From NCBI GenBank assembly GCA_012512325.1, contig JAAZEL010000061.1, positions 1 through 60,664 of the forward strand: a DNA stretch of 60,664 bases. Direction: 5' to 3'. Positions 19,262 to 30,300 of this stretch are shown here, in pieces; the first letter of the stretch is position 1, and each line of letters opens with the position of its first letter. The stretch comes from Candidatus Fermentithermobacillaceae bacterium (lineage in GTDB: Bacteria > Bacillota > Sulfobacillia > Fermentithermobacillales > Fermentithermobacillaceae). The notes beneath the pieces are model-generated. The model was not told where the DNA came from, searched no databases, and saw nothing but the letters and a program-made list of their open reading frames with translations. Both the position numbers and the translations under genes were made by a program.

Positions 19262-20461
19262 TTAGAGCGCCACAACCGGTACCGGCTCTTTCCTCTCGTA
19301 TACAAGTTCTCCTTCGATGAACACCTTCTCTGCGACTGACAAGGTCTGGAACGGGTGGCCGCTCCAAATCACCACGTCTGCATCTTTGCCTGCCTCGAGG
19401 CTGCCTACCCTGTCATCTATGCCGATGATCTGAGCGGGAACGATGGTTATGGCCTTGAGGGCGAGGTCCACAGGCATCCCCTCCCGTACTGCGATACCTG
19501 CATAATTTGCCAGCCAACGGGTGTTCCTGGTAGTGTCGCACTGTATGGCAACTGTAACTCCGGCCTTGGCCAGGATGCCAGGATTGGCAAGGCTTACATC
19601 GATGAGCTCCATCTTGGAGCGACTCATGAGGAGAGGCCCTACGGTAGCCCGGACTTTCTTCTCGGCCAGAACGTCTGCAATCTTGTAGCCCTCGGTGCAG
19701 TGTTCGATGACGTAATCCAGGTTGAACTCCTCGGCGATACGTATGGCGGTCATGATATCATCCGCCCTGTGGGCATGCATCCTCGCCTTGATCTCGCGCC
19801 GGAGGACCCTGGCCAATGCCTCCATCTTGAGGTCCCTTTCAGGATAATCGGGAGTCTCCCCTGCCTCTTTCTTCTTATTGGGCTTCTCGACCTTATTAAG
19901 GTAGTTCTGGGCTTTGACAAGAGCTTCCCGCAACACCGCAGCATTGGCCATGCGGGTCTTGGGTGTCCTCTTCTGCATATCTCCGTAGACTCTCTTCGGG
20001 TTCTCCCCAAGGGCCATCTTCATGGCTTCGGTATTGGGAATAACCATCTCATCCACGGTCCTGCCCCTGAGTTTCATGGCAAAACCTGTGCCGCCTATAA
20101 TGTTGGCACTTCCGGGACCTGTGAAAACGGTTGTAACCCCACCTGTTAGCGTGTCGGCGATGGCGGGATCTTCAGGGTTCAAGGAATCAACACCTCTGAG
20201 ATGAGGCGTCACCGGATCGCTGGTCTCGTTCCCGTCAGCATTGGCCCACACAGAGGGTTCTCCGAAAACCGCGAGATGGCTGTGGGCGTCGATCAGCCCA
20301 GGAGTAACGAGTTTGCCCTTGGCATCGATGACCTTAGCGCCATCCGGAATCCCGATATCCTTACCGACAGCCTTAATCTTGCCGTCCTCGATCAACACGA
20401 TACCCTCATCAATAGTGCCTTTGGTGATGGCAAGCACTTTGCCGTTGACGATTGCTAACAC
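19262..20461 (-). CDS. Metal-dependent amidohydrolase
   Basis: PGLIDAHSHL (HxH), KMALGENPK, HAHRADDI, HCTEG and GSLEAGKDAD motifs. Confidence 0.9.
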   Translation of the reverse strand: MLAIVNGKVLAITKGTIDEGIVLIEDGKIKAVGKDIGIPDGAKVIDAKGKLVTPGLIDAHSHLAVFGEPSVWANADGNETSDPVTPHLRGVDSLNPEDPAIADTLTGGVTTVFTGPGSANIIGGTGFAMKLRGRTVDEMVIPNTEAMKMALGENPKRVYGDMQKRTPKTRMANAAVLREALVKAQNYLNKVEKPNKKKEAGETPDYPERDLKMEALARVLRREIKARMHAHRADDIMTAIRIAEEFNLDYVIEHCTEGYKIADVLAEKKVRATVGPLLMSRSKMELIDVSLANPGILAKAGVTVAIQCDTTRNTRWLANYAGIAVREGMPVDLALKAITIVPAQIIGIDDRVGSLEAGKDADVVIWSGHPFQTLSVAEKVFIEGELVYERKEPVPVVAL

Positions 20462-20604
20462 CTGGCAACAAACCTCCTTTTACCGATTAAGTACCTATTA
20501 CCCTTTGTACTGATTAGCTCTTGAACGCCCACCGGCGTTCGAGTACGATCACCGCCAATCCTGCAATTGCCATTCCTATGGCTCCCTTTGCCGGTCCTGC
20601 GAGC

Positions 20605-23232
20605 TTACTCCTCAACTTCATCCATACCTAACAAGCAGTTGAACAGTAACTTGAAAGTCCCATGGGTTTGGGCACGGAAAAGAGGCCTGAACCCGAACAA
20701 GACCGCTTCCCCTTCGCCGCACCTGACTGACACTATACACGGCTTCTTGGCGATGAGTTGCTCACCGATGAGCCATCCGCTTTGAAGCAAGTGTTTGTCT
20801 GGATATTCAGCAATAACGGTGTAGTCGTGGGCCGCATGCATGTCCTTTACCTCGAATGCCTGTCCGCCCCAAACAAGGGCAAGGAACTCACGCGGCATAC
20901 CGTATGCCAGGGAGTGTGCCGTATTCGCTCTAACCCTGAGGGTAGACCCGTGACAGTAGTAATCTTCAAATGTAAGCCCTTCCACCACGTTGGTCAGTTT
21001 GAGTTTGCAGGTGTCTATTGCGAACTTACACGATGCGTCGAAAGCTACGAGCCTGCCACCTGACCGCACGAACTCCGCAACCGCCTCTGCGCCTTCCTTG
21101 CCGATGCCGCTTCGGTATTCCGGCGGAACCGCTGATACATCGAGCCAGCCAAGCCTATCCTGATCCGCCTTGGGCCCCAGTATGAACTCAGGCTTGTCGC
21201 TGGGTAGGATGAGCGCATCCACTTTTTCGTTCAACTTGCCGTCCTTGAAATCGTCGTCCTTCAAGGTGAGGTACGGAAAACCGAAATTCTCCAGTACCAG
21301 CCTGCTCCATCCTTCATCAAAGCTGCCGCCCCAGTATCTCCGGTAGATACCGACCCTCAGCCGCCTAACCCTGTGCCTCGGTACTTGGGCGACATAAGCG
21401 ACCGGGTGGAAGGGAACGCCCCGTTCCCTGCAGAGTCCTGCCAGCCTTGAGGCCGTGTCCCCGGTATGCTCGATGAAGAAGGCCCCAGGGGGCATATCGG
21501 GATAGTTGGGATGCTCCTCGGAGCAGATAGCTTCTTCAAATCTCCATATCGGCACGTCCTCGCCGTCCGCCCCGGACAAGAAGCAGTTCACCACGGCATA
21601 GGTATCATTGAGCCTTGGATCCAGTACGTATCCTTGGATCTGGCAATAGATGCAATCAGGCCCCTTGTCAGGTTCAGACCACCCGGGCTCAACTTGCCTG
21701 ACGATTTCCAACTGTTTTTCGGGAATGTCCAGATTATCCGCAGGTTCGACTCTGACGCCCATGAACTCGGCGATGGTGTCGGTGGCGGTATCGTACATGA
21801 TCGGCGAACCGTCCGGATTTCTGGTCCAGTAGTTGTCCGGGAAAAAGGTTCTGCCCAGAAGAGCCCTGATTACACCCATCTTGGGCTGAGCCAGGGACGC
21901 AACAAATGACCCTTCGGGGTACACTCGCCCGCCAGCCACAAAACTGCTTTCAGCACGCTTGACTTCGATGCCTTGGTCAAGCAACAGTCTTACCAGTTTC
22001 AGGGCGGTCAACCGGTCGTGCTGTTGGCCCGAAATTACGTAGGCCTTAGGAGAACCTTCGGCGCCCCGCTGTGTCTGGCGGGAAGCCTTGAGATATGCGT
22101 TCCACAAGATCTTTTCCCGGAACCGGGCGCAGATTTCAAGCAACGACCATGCTGCAATCTTCTGCTGCTCCACTATGTCACGCAATGTCCACCATCCGCC
22201 CGGCCACGGGTTTGGGAAGTTGGTCTGGGCTCGGTACTCTGGCATGGTCTTGGGGCTTGCGCCTTTGAGCTGGTGTGGGTGGATGTAAACCGGAGTGGCC
22301 AGTTTGGCAGAAGCTGATTCGGTGAGCATGCCTGCGATGTTGTGGTGATTGGCGATCCAGTGGAAGCCGAAATGCCCCCATCCCGGATACTGGGCGCCGT
22401 TGAGGATCCCGGTCTTGCCCGCCTGCTCAAGGGAATACGCCATATGTCCCCCGTACCATGCAAGCTCGCGCCATACCAGGGGATCAGCGTACGGCCTGAT
22501 TACGTCGGAATACGGCGCAACGTAAAGCCTTGCACCTGTACTCCCCATATGATGGTGATCCTGGAACGCGTGGGGATGCCATTCAGTGAAAAGCAACCGG
22601 GCAACATACTTGGATTCAACAAGGTTCAAGGCGAAGGCGTCACGGTTGTTATCGTGCCCCGCATACTTGTGGTACAAATATGGCAGCATGGTTCCCTCGT
22701 ATTCGGTGCCGAGGTACTTGTTGTACCAATCGGTCACCATGATTTGGCCGTCTGGGTTGAAGCACGGCACCATGAGGAAGATCACGTTATCCAGGATCTC
22801 TTTGGTTGTGTCTGAATCGCACGAGAGCAGGTCATAGGCTAATTCGGGTGCCATCTGTGTTCCGCCAACCTCGGTGGCGTGGAGGCTCATGGTCTGACAT
22901 ACCACGACCTTCCCCTCTTGTACCAGTTGCCTCCCATCTTCATGTGATAATCCCCTGGGGTCTGCTAGTTTGGCGCTGATCTGTCGGTAATGCTCCAACC
23001 TGGCAAGATTATCGGGAGATGAAATGATAACCAGCAAGAACGGATTGCCTTCCGTGGACTTGCCCATCTCGATAACCTTTATCCTGTTTGACTCACGTTC
23101 AAGTTTGTAGAAGTACTCGGTTATCTTGTCCCATCTTGCAAGCTTGCGGTCACTGCCGAGCTTGAACCCAAAGAACTCTTCCGGCGGTGTTACATTCGAT
23201 ATTGCTCTTGATCCGCGGTTTGCTTCAGCCAT
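20605..23232 (-). CDS. M14 family zinc carboxypeptidase with a C-terminal GATase-like domain
   Basis: SLHATE (HxxE), GHDNNRD, QDHHHMG and MLTES motifs; the C-terminus has LILPSD...VRSGGRLVAF. No signal peptide is visible. Confidence 0.82.
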   Translation of the reverse strand: MAEANRGSRAISNVTPPEEFFGFKLGSDRKLARWDKITEYFYKLERESNRIKVIEMGKSTEGNPFLLVIISSPDNLARLEHYRQISAKLADPRGLSHEDGRQLVQEGKVVVCQTMSLHATEVGGTQMAPELAYDLLSCDSDTTKEILDNVIFLMVPCFNPDGQIMVTDWYNKYLGTEYEGTMLPYLYHKYAGHDNNRDAFALNLVESKYVARLLFTEWHPHAFQDHHHMGSTGARLYVAPYSDVIRPYADPLVWRELAWYGGHMAYSLEQAGKTGILNGAQYPGWGHFGFHWIANHHNIAGMLTESASAKLATPVYIHPHQLKGASPKTMPEYRAQTNFPNPWPGGWWTLRDIVEQQKIAAWSLLEICARFREKILWNAYLKASRQTQRGAEGSPKAYVISGQQHDRLTALKLVRLLLDQGIEVKRAESSFVAGGRVYPEGSFVASLAQPKMGVIRALLGRTFFPDNYWTRNPDGSPIMYDTATDTIAEFMGVRVEPADNLDIPEKQLEIVRQVEPGWSEPDKGPDCIYCQIQGYVLDPRLNDTYAVVNCFLSGADGEDVPIWRFEEAICSEEHPNYPDMPPGAFFIEHTGDTASRLAGLCRERGVPFHPVAYVAQVPRHRVRRLRVGIYRRYWGGSFDEGWSRLVLENFGFPYLTLKDDDFKDGKLNEKVDALILPSDKPEFILGPKADQDRLGWLDVSAVPPEYRSGIGKEGAEAVAEFVRSGGRLVAFDASCKFAIDTCKLKLTNVVEGLTFEDYYCHGSTLRVRANTAHSLAYGMPREFLALVWGGQAFEVKDMHAAHDYTVIAEYPDKHLLQSGWLIGEQLIAKKPCIVSVRCGEGEAVLFGFRPLFRAQTHGTFKLLFNCLLGMDEVEE

Positions 23233-23296
23233 TGGGTTTGGAGCTCCCTCCTTTCAAATGGATGGCTTCGGGCTGCGGATGGAGTTACGGATACTC

Positions 23297-23323
23297 ATTC
23301 GCTACGGAAGGCGAAATTCCTTT
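23297..23323 (-). promoter_or_regulatory. SigH-like promoter, full consensus match
   Basis: Minus strand AA-AGGAATT-N11-AGC-GAAT upstream of the M14 gene. Confidence 0.6.
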
Positions 23324-23421
23324 GGACCACTCCTTTGCTCTATCGGTTTGCTTGCCCGGTGCGCCAGATACTTGTATGATGATAGAAGGGTTATTTTGTA
23401 ATACGAAATACAGGTGATAGG

Positions 23422-24933
23422 TTGAACCGACCGGATTCTGTGACTGACCTTGTGGATGATGCCCAAGTGGACAAGACTCAATTGGATGAGACTGGAGTGG
23501 ACGAGACCCGAGTGGACGAGGCCCATGTGGATGAAACCCGGCATCAAGGACTATCCTTGAGGGAACGGGTCCGGGCCCGTCCCAGGTATCTCGATCTTGA
23601 AAACCACACAATAGAACAAAACATCCTGGTGCTTGCATTGCCTCTGATGGCTGAGAGGATCCTCCACGCATTGGTCAACGCCGCGGACATAGCCATGGTG
23701 GGGCGGGTTGGAGCAGCCGCCGTGGTAGCTGTGGGCCTCTCAAACCAGGTCTCCATGATTGCCACCGGAGTCTACGATGCCATCCGTGTGGGGACTACTT
23801 CCGTTGTCGCGCGCCGCATCGGGGCAGGCCAAGATGACGAAGCCCAGCGAACTCTGAGGCAATCCTTGCTTGTTGCCGTAGTCATTGGTACCCTTGCAGC
23901 CCTTCTGATCGGGGCGTTCGCCGGCCCAAGCCTCAAGTTTATGGGGGCAGAACCCGACGTCATCCAGCAGGGGATCCCTTACGCCCATTGGAAGGGCTTG
24001 TCCATGTTGTTCCAGTTCATCACCATGACCTTCACCGCAGCCCTCAGAGGTGCCGGTAATACCCGTCTTCCAATGTTTTCCGGGATGCTGGTCAATATCA
24101 CCAATGTCTTGGGCAACTACGCGCTAATCGGCGGAAACTGGGGCTTCCCCGCCATGGGGACCGAAGGGGCGGGGCTTGCCACGGCGTTTGCCCACTTCTT
24201 GGGCATGATAGTGGTGGCGGCGCTCACCATAAGACAACCAAATCCCATAAGTGATTTCTACAAGGGGTCCTTCCTGCCCCATACCGACACTCTGAGGAGC
24301 GTCCTGACAGTCGGGCTGCCTGCGTCCGGCGAGAGGCTTTCGTTAAGAGGGGCACAACTCATTTACGCCCGGGCCATAGCCGGTTTAGGCACTAACGCAT
24401 ACGCCGCACACCAAGTAGCTCTGCGGGTTGAATCCTTGTCCCTTGTGATCGGGTTCAGCCTTGGTGTAGCTTCCACTACACTGGTAGGACAGTACTTGGG
24501 ATACGGTGATACGGACAAGGCGGAAGAAGCGGCGCTGAAGTGTGGCAAGATCGCCGCCATAATGATGGGCTGTACAGGCGTGGCCCTATTCCTGACGGCA
24601 CCTTTTGTCGTCAAGTTGTTTGTTCCGGACAACCCCGAAGTCATGGCCCTGGGCGCCACTGTACTGAGGATAGTGGCAGTAGCCCAACCTGTGATGGGTA
24701 TGAACCAGGTTTTCGCCGGAGGCCTCAGGGGCGCAGGAGATACTGCATGGACCATGCTCATAACCGGAAGCAGCGCCTGGGTCGTCAGAGTTGGGCTCAC
24801 CTACATGTTTGTCGGCTTGCTCGGTCTCCACCTGCCGGGAGCCTGGTATGCCATGGTAATCGACCTGTTTGTCAGATGCTACCTGTTTAGAAGGCGCTTT
24901 AAGGCAGGCCACTGGAAACAGATCATGGTGTGA
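23422..24933 (+). CDS. MATE family efflux transporter
   Basis: ADIAMVGRVG, LRGAGNTRLPM, NVLGNYALI and LRGAGDT motifs; two-fold internal repeat. Confidence 0.9.
   Translation: MNRPDSVTDLVDDAQVDKTQLDETGVDETRVDEAHVDETRHQGLSLRERVRARPRYLDLENHTIEQNILVLALPLMAERILHALVNAADIAMVGRVGAAAVVAVGLSNQVSMIATGVYDAIRVGTTSVVARRIGAGQDDEAQRTLRQSLLVAVVIGTLAALLIGAFAGPSLKFMGAEPDVIQQGIPYAHWKGLSMLFQFITMTFTAALRGAGNTRLPMFSGMLVNITNVLGNYALIGGNWGFPAMGTEGAGLATAFAHFLGMIVVAALTIRQPNPISDFYKGSFLPHTDTLRSVLTVGLPASGERLSLRGAQLIYARAIAGLGTNAYAAHQVALRVESLSLVIGFSLGVASTTLVGQYLGYGDTDKAEEAALKCGKIAAIMMGCTGVALFLTAPFVVKLFVPDNPEVMALGATVLRIVAVAQPVMGMNQVFAGGLRGAGDTAWTMLITGSSAWVVRVGLTYMFVGLLGLHLPGAWYAMVIDLFVRCYLFRRRFKAGHWKQIMV
23452..23541 (+). repeat. 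Six 15-bp (5-aa) tandem repeats in the MATE N-terminus
   Basis: Units encode VDDAQ VDKTQ LDETG VDETR VDEAH VDETR. Confidence 0.85.
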
Positions 24934-25001
24934 GACAAGTGTAAGGCGGATGTGAACCTGCGGTTCGGCCCGCTACCCATTTATCGGCTGCACCCCGGGG
25001 A

Positions 25002-25577
25002 TTACCTGATTATTGCCCCTGCCCCAGCCATTTCAGCTATGGCCTTTTCCCCGTCGCCTTCATTTACGTTCACTGCCCGGATGCCATCTCTGAGCACCGC
25101 AACCTCAAGTCCATTTCCAATACCGTCAAGCACAGTGGCTTTCACGCAATAGTCGGTGGCAAGGCCTCCTACAAAAATACGGGCGACCGCCCTTTGCTTG
25201 AGCCATGTGCCCAGTGTCGGCCCATCAAGGCCACCCACTCTTCCGTCAAAACCGGAATAAGCTTCCGCATCAGTGACGAAGCCCTTGCGGCAGATTTCAC
25301 CCTGCACCACCAGATCCGGATGGAAGTCCGCCCCCTTGGTTCCTTGGACACAATGGGGCGGCCATATCCCGCCGTTTCCAGTAAAGGAGCAATGGTCTTG
25401 AGGATGCCAGTCCTGGGTGTAGATCACAGGCAGCCCTTTCTTGTGAAACTCTCTTATCCACGCGTTGAGGACGGGCACGACCTGATCTCCTTCCGCCACT
25501 CCCAGTGCCCCACCGGGGCAGAAATCGTTTTGTACATCTACAACCACCAGGCAATCGCCTTCTCCGATGTCAAACAT
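25002..25577 (-). CDS. pncA: Nicotinamidase/pyrazinamidase
   Basis: VVVDVQNDFCPGG, TQDWHP, WPPHCVQGT and GLATDYCV motifs; SD AAGGAGG before ATG 25577. Confidence 0.92.
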   Translation of the reverse strand: MFDIGEGDCLVVVDVQNDFCPGGALGVAEGDQVVPVLNAWIREFHKKGLPVIYTQDWHPQDHCSFTGNGGIWPPHCVQGTKGADFHPDLVVQGEICRKGFVTDAEAYSGFDGRVGGLDGPTLGTWLKQRAVARIFVGGLATDYCVKATVLDGIGNGLEVAVLRDGIRAVNVNEGDGEKAIAEMAGAGAIIR

Positions 25578-25694
25578 GCCGAATCCTCCTTGCGGTTGTT
25601 GTTCATAGTTGAGCTCGTTCAATGGCCCAAATGGCTTCCTGTCTGCCAATGGGCTCTTGTCGACACCGCGAATGCTCATCAAAGCCGGCCGGGA

Positions 25695-26459
25695 TCATAG
25701 GACCAAAGTCAGCAATACCCCCAGGAGTATGCCTGCCACTAACCCAATTGTAGGATACTCTCCACGGGCGCAAAAGTGAGCTTCAGGTATCAGCTCATCG
25801 CTTACCACATACATCATGGCTCCTGCGGCAAAACCGAGGCAGACGGACAAGACGGTCGGAGATACCTGGCCGACCCATGCTCCGAGAAAAGCACCCACGC
25901 CTAAAGGCAGGCCCGCTAGCATGGTGGACAAAACCACGCTGCCTCTGCCCATCCCTCCTGCTCTCAGTGGGACTGCCATAGCCATCCCTTCCGGGATGTT
26001 GTGAAGCGCAATTATAAGGGCGACTCCAAGACCCAAGGATTGTTGATGGGCGTAAGCTGCACCGATGGCTAATCCCTCCGGCAGATTGTGCAGCGCGATT
26101 CCCAGTCCTATAAGCAGGCCGGCAGATCTCAATCTGGCAGCTCTTTCCCCGTGATACACTCCTGACTTCGCACGCACAACCAAGGAACTGTGGGCGTGGG
26201 GAAGCACCATATCCAACACAAACAGTATTATGACTCCCAGAAGCAAACCCAAAGCCGCCCAGCCTTTACTTCCTACTTCGACGGCTTCAGGTATCAGTTC
26301 CATGAGGGATATGCTTATCATTATCCCGCCCGAAGCCGCAAGCAGGAAGCTAAGCCCGGCACCTGCACCGAAATTTACCAGTAGGATCAACAAACCTCCT
26401 GCCCCTGTGCCCAAAACCCCCGACAAGGCTCCTACAAAGGTCGCGTGGATGATGTCCAA
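25695..26459 (-). CDS. ZIP family (ZupT/GufA) metal transporter
   Basis: HNLPEGLAIG, HNIPEGMA and DELIPEAH motifs. TTG start after a GGGGAGG SD. Confidence 0.9.
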   Translation of the reverse strand: MDIIHATFVGALSGVLGTGAGGLLILLVNFGAGAGLSFLLAASGGIMISISLMELIPEAVEVGSKGWAALGLLLGVIILFVLDMVLPHAHSSLVVRAKSGVYHGERAARLRSAGLLIGLGIALHNLPEGLAIGAAYAHQQSLGLGVALIIALHNIPEGMAMAVPLRAGGMGRGSVVLSTMLAGLPLGVGAFLGAWVGQVSPTVLSVCLGFAAGAMMYVVSDELIPEAHFCARGEYPTIGLVAGILLGVLLTLVL

Positions 26460-26644
26460 GTGGATCCTCCCCCATCCATGTAGATTGCTGCAGATACGCA
26501 GATGTATGGTACTTGCCAAGCACTAAGTCCGGACTTCCGGGCGACAGGTACTCGGTTCAAGCTTCCACCATTGACAGTATACATCAATTGTTAGATGTAC
26601 CTTATTTCCCAGTGAGACGCAACATGGAAGTCAGGCCAAGCTTC

Positions 26645-26673
26645 TTGACACTGCTCCTCACCGGTCTTATACT
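26645..26673 (+). promoter_or_regulatory. SigA promoter of the marR-RND operon
   Basis: TTGACA-N17-TATACT. Confidence 0.75.
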
Positions 26674-26771
26674 TCTTAGGATACTACAGTGGCTTAATAT
26701 TACTATCATCGAAGCAATCTTTATTCTTGATTGTGTATGTTTGCTTGGTATGTTGCTTGGGAGGTGTGTGG

Positions 26772-27227
26772 ATGAGTCAAATCCAAGGTGTTTTCCCGGA
26801 TCGCAAGACCCTTATCGACCGGATCGATAGACTAATACACCTCATAGCCACAAGATTCAGCCGTGAAGTGGCTCAAGCCATCGAAGGAACCATGTCTGTG
26901 TCCGAGTTTCTGGTGCTCAGGCTTATTGCCCACACGGGACCGTCAAGGGTATCCCGGATCGCCCACAAGATGCAGATAACCTCAAGCGCGGTCACCTTTC
27001 TCACGGATAAACTGGTGGACAAGGGACTAATCCTACGAAAGCGGGGCGAAACCGACAGACGTGTAGTGCTCGTATCTATTACCGAAGAAGGAGCCCGGGT
27101 GCTCAAAGAACTGGAAGCATTGAGAAGGGCGGCAGCCGAACGGATCTTGGAAGGGCTTTCAGACGCTGAGCTTTGGGGAATCGCAGCTATCCTTGACAAA
27201 TCAGCCTCGGGCATCGACACGGCGTGA
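26772..27227 (+). CDS. MarR family transcriptional regulator
   Basis: SAVTFLTDKLVDKGLILRKRGETDRRVVLVSITEEG winged-helix signature. Confidence 0.92.
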   Translation: MSQIQGVFPDRKTLIDRIDRLIHLIATRFSREVAQAIEGTMSVSEFLVLRLIAHTGPSRVSRIAHKMQITSSAVTFLTDKLVDKGLILRKRGETDRRVVLVSITEEGARVLKELEALRRAAAERILEGLSDAELWGIAAILDKSASGIDTA

Positions 27228-27303
27228 GCAGGAATGCTTCCACAAGCTGAAATGTACCAGGCAGTCTTGCTACTGCTAGCTTCCAGACCAGGAGGTATCT
27301 TGA

Positions 27304-30300
27304 ATGCATCTTTCTGAGGTATCGATTAGGCGGCCGGTGGCAGTACTGATGTTGATGTTAATGGTGGTGCTGTTAGGGCTGGTGTCATATTCTCGCCTCC
27401 AGATGGACCTCTTGCCGGAGATTAGTCCGCCTGTGGCAGCCATCATAACAACCTTACCGGGGGCTTCAGCCGCTGAAGTAGCCGACCTTGTTGCAGTGCC
27501 CCTGGAGTCAGTGGCCGTAACCACATCGGGCATAAAGGACATCATGTCCATTTCACAAGAGGGAGTATCCATCATCGTGCTTACCTTCGACTGGGGACAT
27601 GACATGACCGAAGCGAGAAACGACATCACTCAAAAACTCGAGTTGGTGCCGCTGCCCGATGATGCATCGAAGCCCACGGTGATGAAGTTCGACCCGACAA
27701 TGCTACCCGTTATGCAGATAGCAGTCGCCCAATCGGGGGACACAGAACCGGGGTCGCTTACAGAGCTGGCAAGGGATGTCCTCAAACCGCGGCTTGAGGG
27801 AGTAGAAGGAGTCGCCGATGTGGAAGTGCTCGGCGGGCTCACAAAGCACGTTGAAGTTAGCCTCGACCCTGCGAAGATGTCGGTATTCGGTATCACCCAG
27901 GACAGCATCGCCGCGCTGATATCGGCGTCGAACCTCAACTACCCTTTGGGCACCTTGGAAAAAGACGGGCTTCGGTTGGACTTGAGGCTGGAAGGTAAGT
28001 TCAGGTCAATCGAAGACCTCCAGAACCTGGTCGTGGGCTATGTACCTTCTTCCCAGCCTGGTCAATGGGATATCGGGCCAAGCGCCTCCGGACTCAACCA
28101 ACAGGGGATATCTGGCTTGGGTGAAGCTCCCGGGCATCAGCCCGTTCCTTCCCTCCCCTCTGTCCCCGCGGTGGCAATGCAAGCTGTAACTCTGAAGCAA
28201 GTAGCCACCGTCAGCGAAACCTTTGTTGAAACAGCGTCAGTCACCAGGATTAACGGACAGCCCAGCGTTACCCTTATGGTCAGAAAAGAAGGCAGCGCCA
28301 ACACGGTGACGGTGGCCCGAGCCGTCAGGAAGGAGCTGGAGAGCCTTGAATCGGAACTGTCCGGGCTCAAGGCGATTATCAGCTTCGACCAGGCCGAGTT
28401 CATTGAAATGGCCGTCAATTCCGTTACCGACAACCTGCTGATGGGGGCGGCCCTTGCCATCCTGGTGCTGATTGTGTTTCTGAGGGACGTCCGAACCACT
28501 CTGGTGATATCAGTCAGCATTCCCTTTGCCGTCATCGCCACGTTTGTGCTCATGTACTTCGGGGATCTTACTCTCAACGTCATGACTCTTGGGGGCCTTA
28601 CCCTGGGCGTAGGGATGCTTGTAGACAACTCCATCGTGGTCATCGAGAACATATACAGGCGCATTGAGGAAGGTAAGAGCCCCAAAGACGCAGCCTCGGT
28701 TGGGGCAAGGGAAGTGGCCACTGCCATCACGGCATCAACCCTGACTACCGTGGTGGTCTTCCTACCTGTAGTGTTTGTAGGCGGAATCGGCGGCATCATT
28801 TTCAAAGAGCTGGCGTGGACAGTAACTCTGTCCCTGCTGGCTTCGCTGGTGGTAGCGCTAACCATCGTCCCTATGCTGGCATCCCAGTGGTTTTCACGCA
28901 AGATCAAGACCGGTGCTACCGGTGCTTCCACCCGGCAATCCTCTACCCCGTCTTCCGAATCCTTGCCAAAACGGTCCGGCGGGTACCGGCGGCTGGTTGA
29001 GTGGTCCCTCAATAACAGATTCATTGTTTTCGCAATTACGGCAGCACTCATCGCCGGCTCATATTGGCTGGCAAGGGATATGGGCACCGAGTTCTTGCCT
29101 GCTACGGATGAAGGCAGCTTTTCCATCGCAATACACATGCCGGAAGGCTCTCCCTTGGAAAGCACAGACGAGCTGGTGTCCCGGATTGAGGAGATACTGG
29201 ATAGGCACGAATCTGTAGCCATGTACAGCGTTACCATAGGGCAAGGGGACAGCCTGACTTCCATGAGTCTCTCGAGAAACGCCTCTGCCGAGATTACGGC
29301 TACTGTCACGCCCGAAGTTCTAAGGGACAAGACAACGCACTTGGTGATGGAAGATGTGGAAGAGCAGGTGAACAAAATCAAAGGCGATGCTGAAGTTGCG
29401 TTTAACCTGCAGTCCACCCTGTCCACCCTTACCGGGGGCATGGAGGGCTCAGTGGAAGTGTCAGTGTCCGGGCCCGACATCCGCGAAGTTCAAAGCATAA
29501 GCGACACCTTAGTGGAAACACTGAACGGTGTCCCGGGCGTGAAACGGGTTTCTTCGACCCTCACAGAGAGGAAACGGGAGCTCCACCTCACAGTGGACAG
29601 GGAAAAAGCCATCCTCCATGGGCTTACCCCGGCACAGATAGCCGGTGCCGTATCCAGGGCCATCAGGGGGCAGACGGTATCCAGGCTCGAAAAAGCTGAC
29701 ACAACCTTTGACGTTGTGGTCAGATATGACAAAGACTCGGTGAGGACAATCGAAGACATCGGTTCGCTGTTGATTGCCGGACAAACAGGGCCTGTGCCCT
29801 TGAAGGAGATCGCACAAATCGCGGAAGGCGAGGGTCCCAGAACCATAAACCGTATTGACCAGCGATTGAGTGCCAGAATCCAAGCACAGTACTCTAACAG
29901 AGACCTGGGTGTGGTCACGGCTGACGTTTCAGAGATCATTGCCGGGCTGGACCTACCTGAGGGTTACAGAGTGGACATAGGCGGAATGTCGCGGATCATG
30001 AGCGAAAGCTTCGATGACCTCAAGCTGGCCTTCCTTTTGGGCGCTATCCTGGTGTATATGGTTATGGCTGCGTCGTTTGAATCCCTGGTCACTCCGTTTA
30101 TCGTTCTCTTTACGATGCCCCTGGGGGCTATAGGCGTGATCGCCGCCTTGTACCTTTCCGGTCATGCCTTTGGGATTACGGCCTTCATCGGTGCTATTGT
30201 GCTGGCTGGGGTGATAGTCAACAACGGAATAGTCATGGTCGACTTCATCAATCAGCAGCGGGAAGTCGGATTATCTGTGGAAGAAGCTATCTGCGATGGA

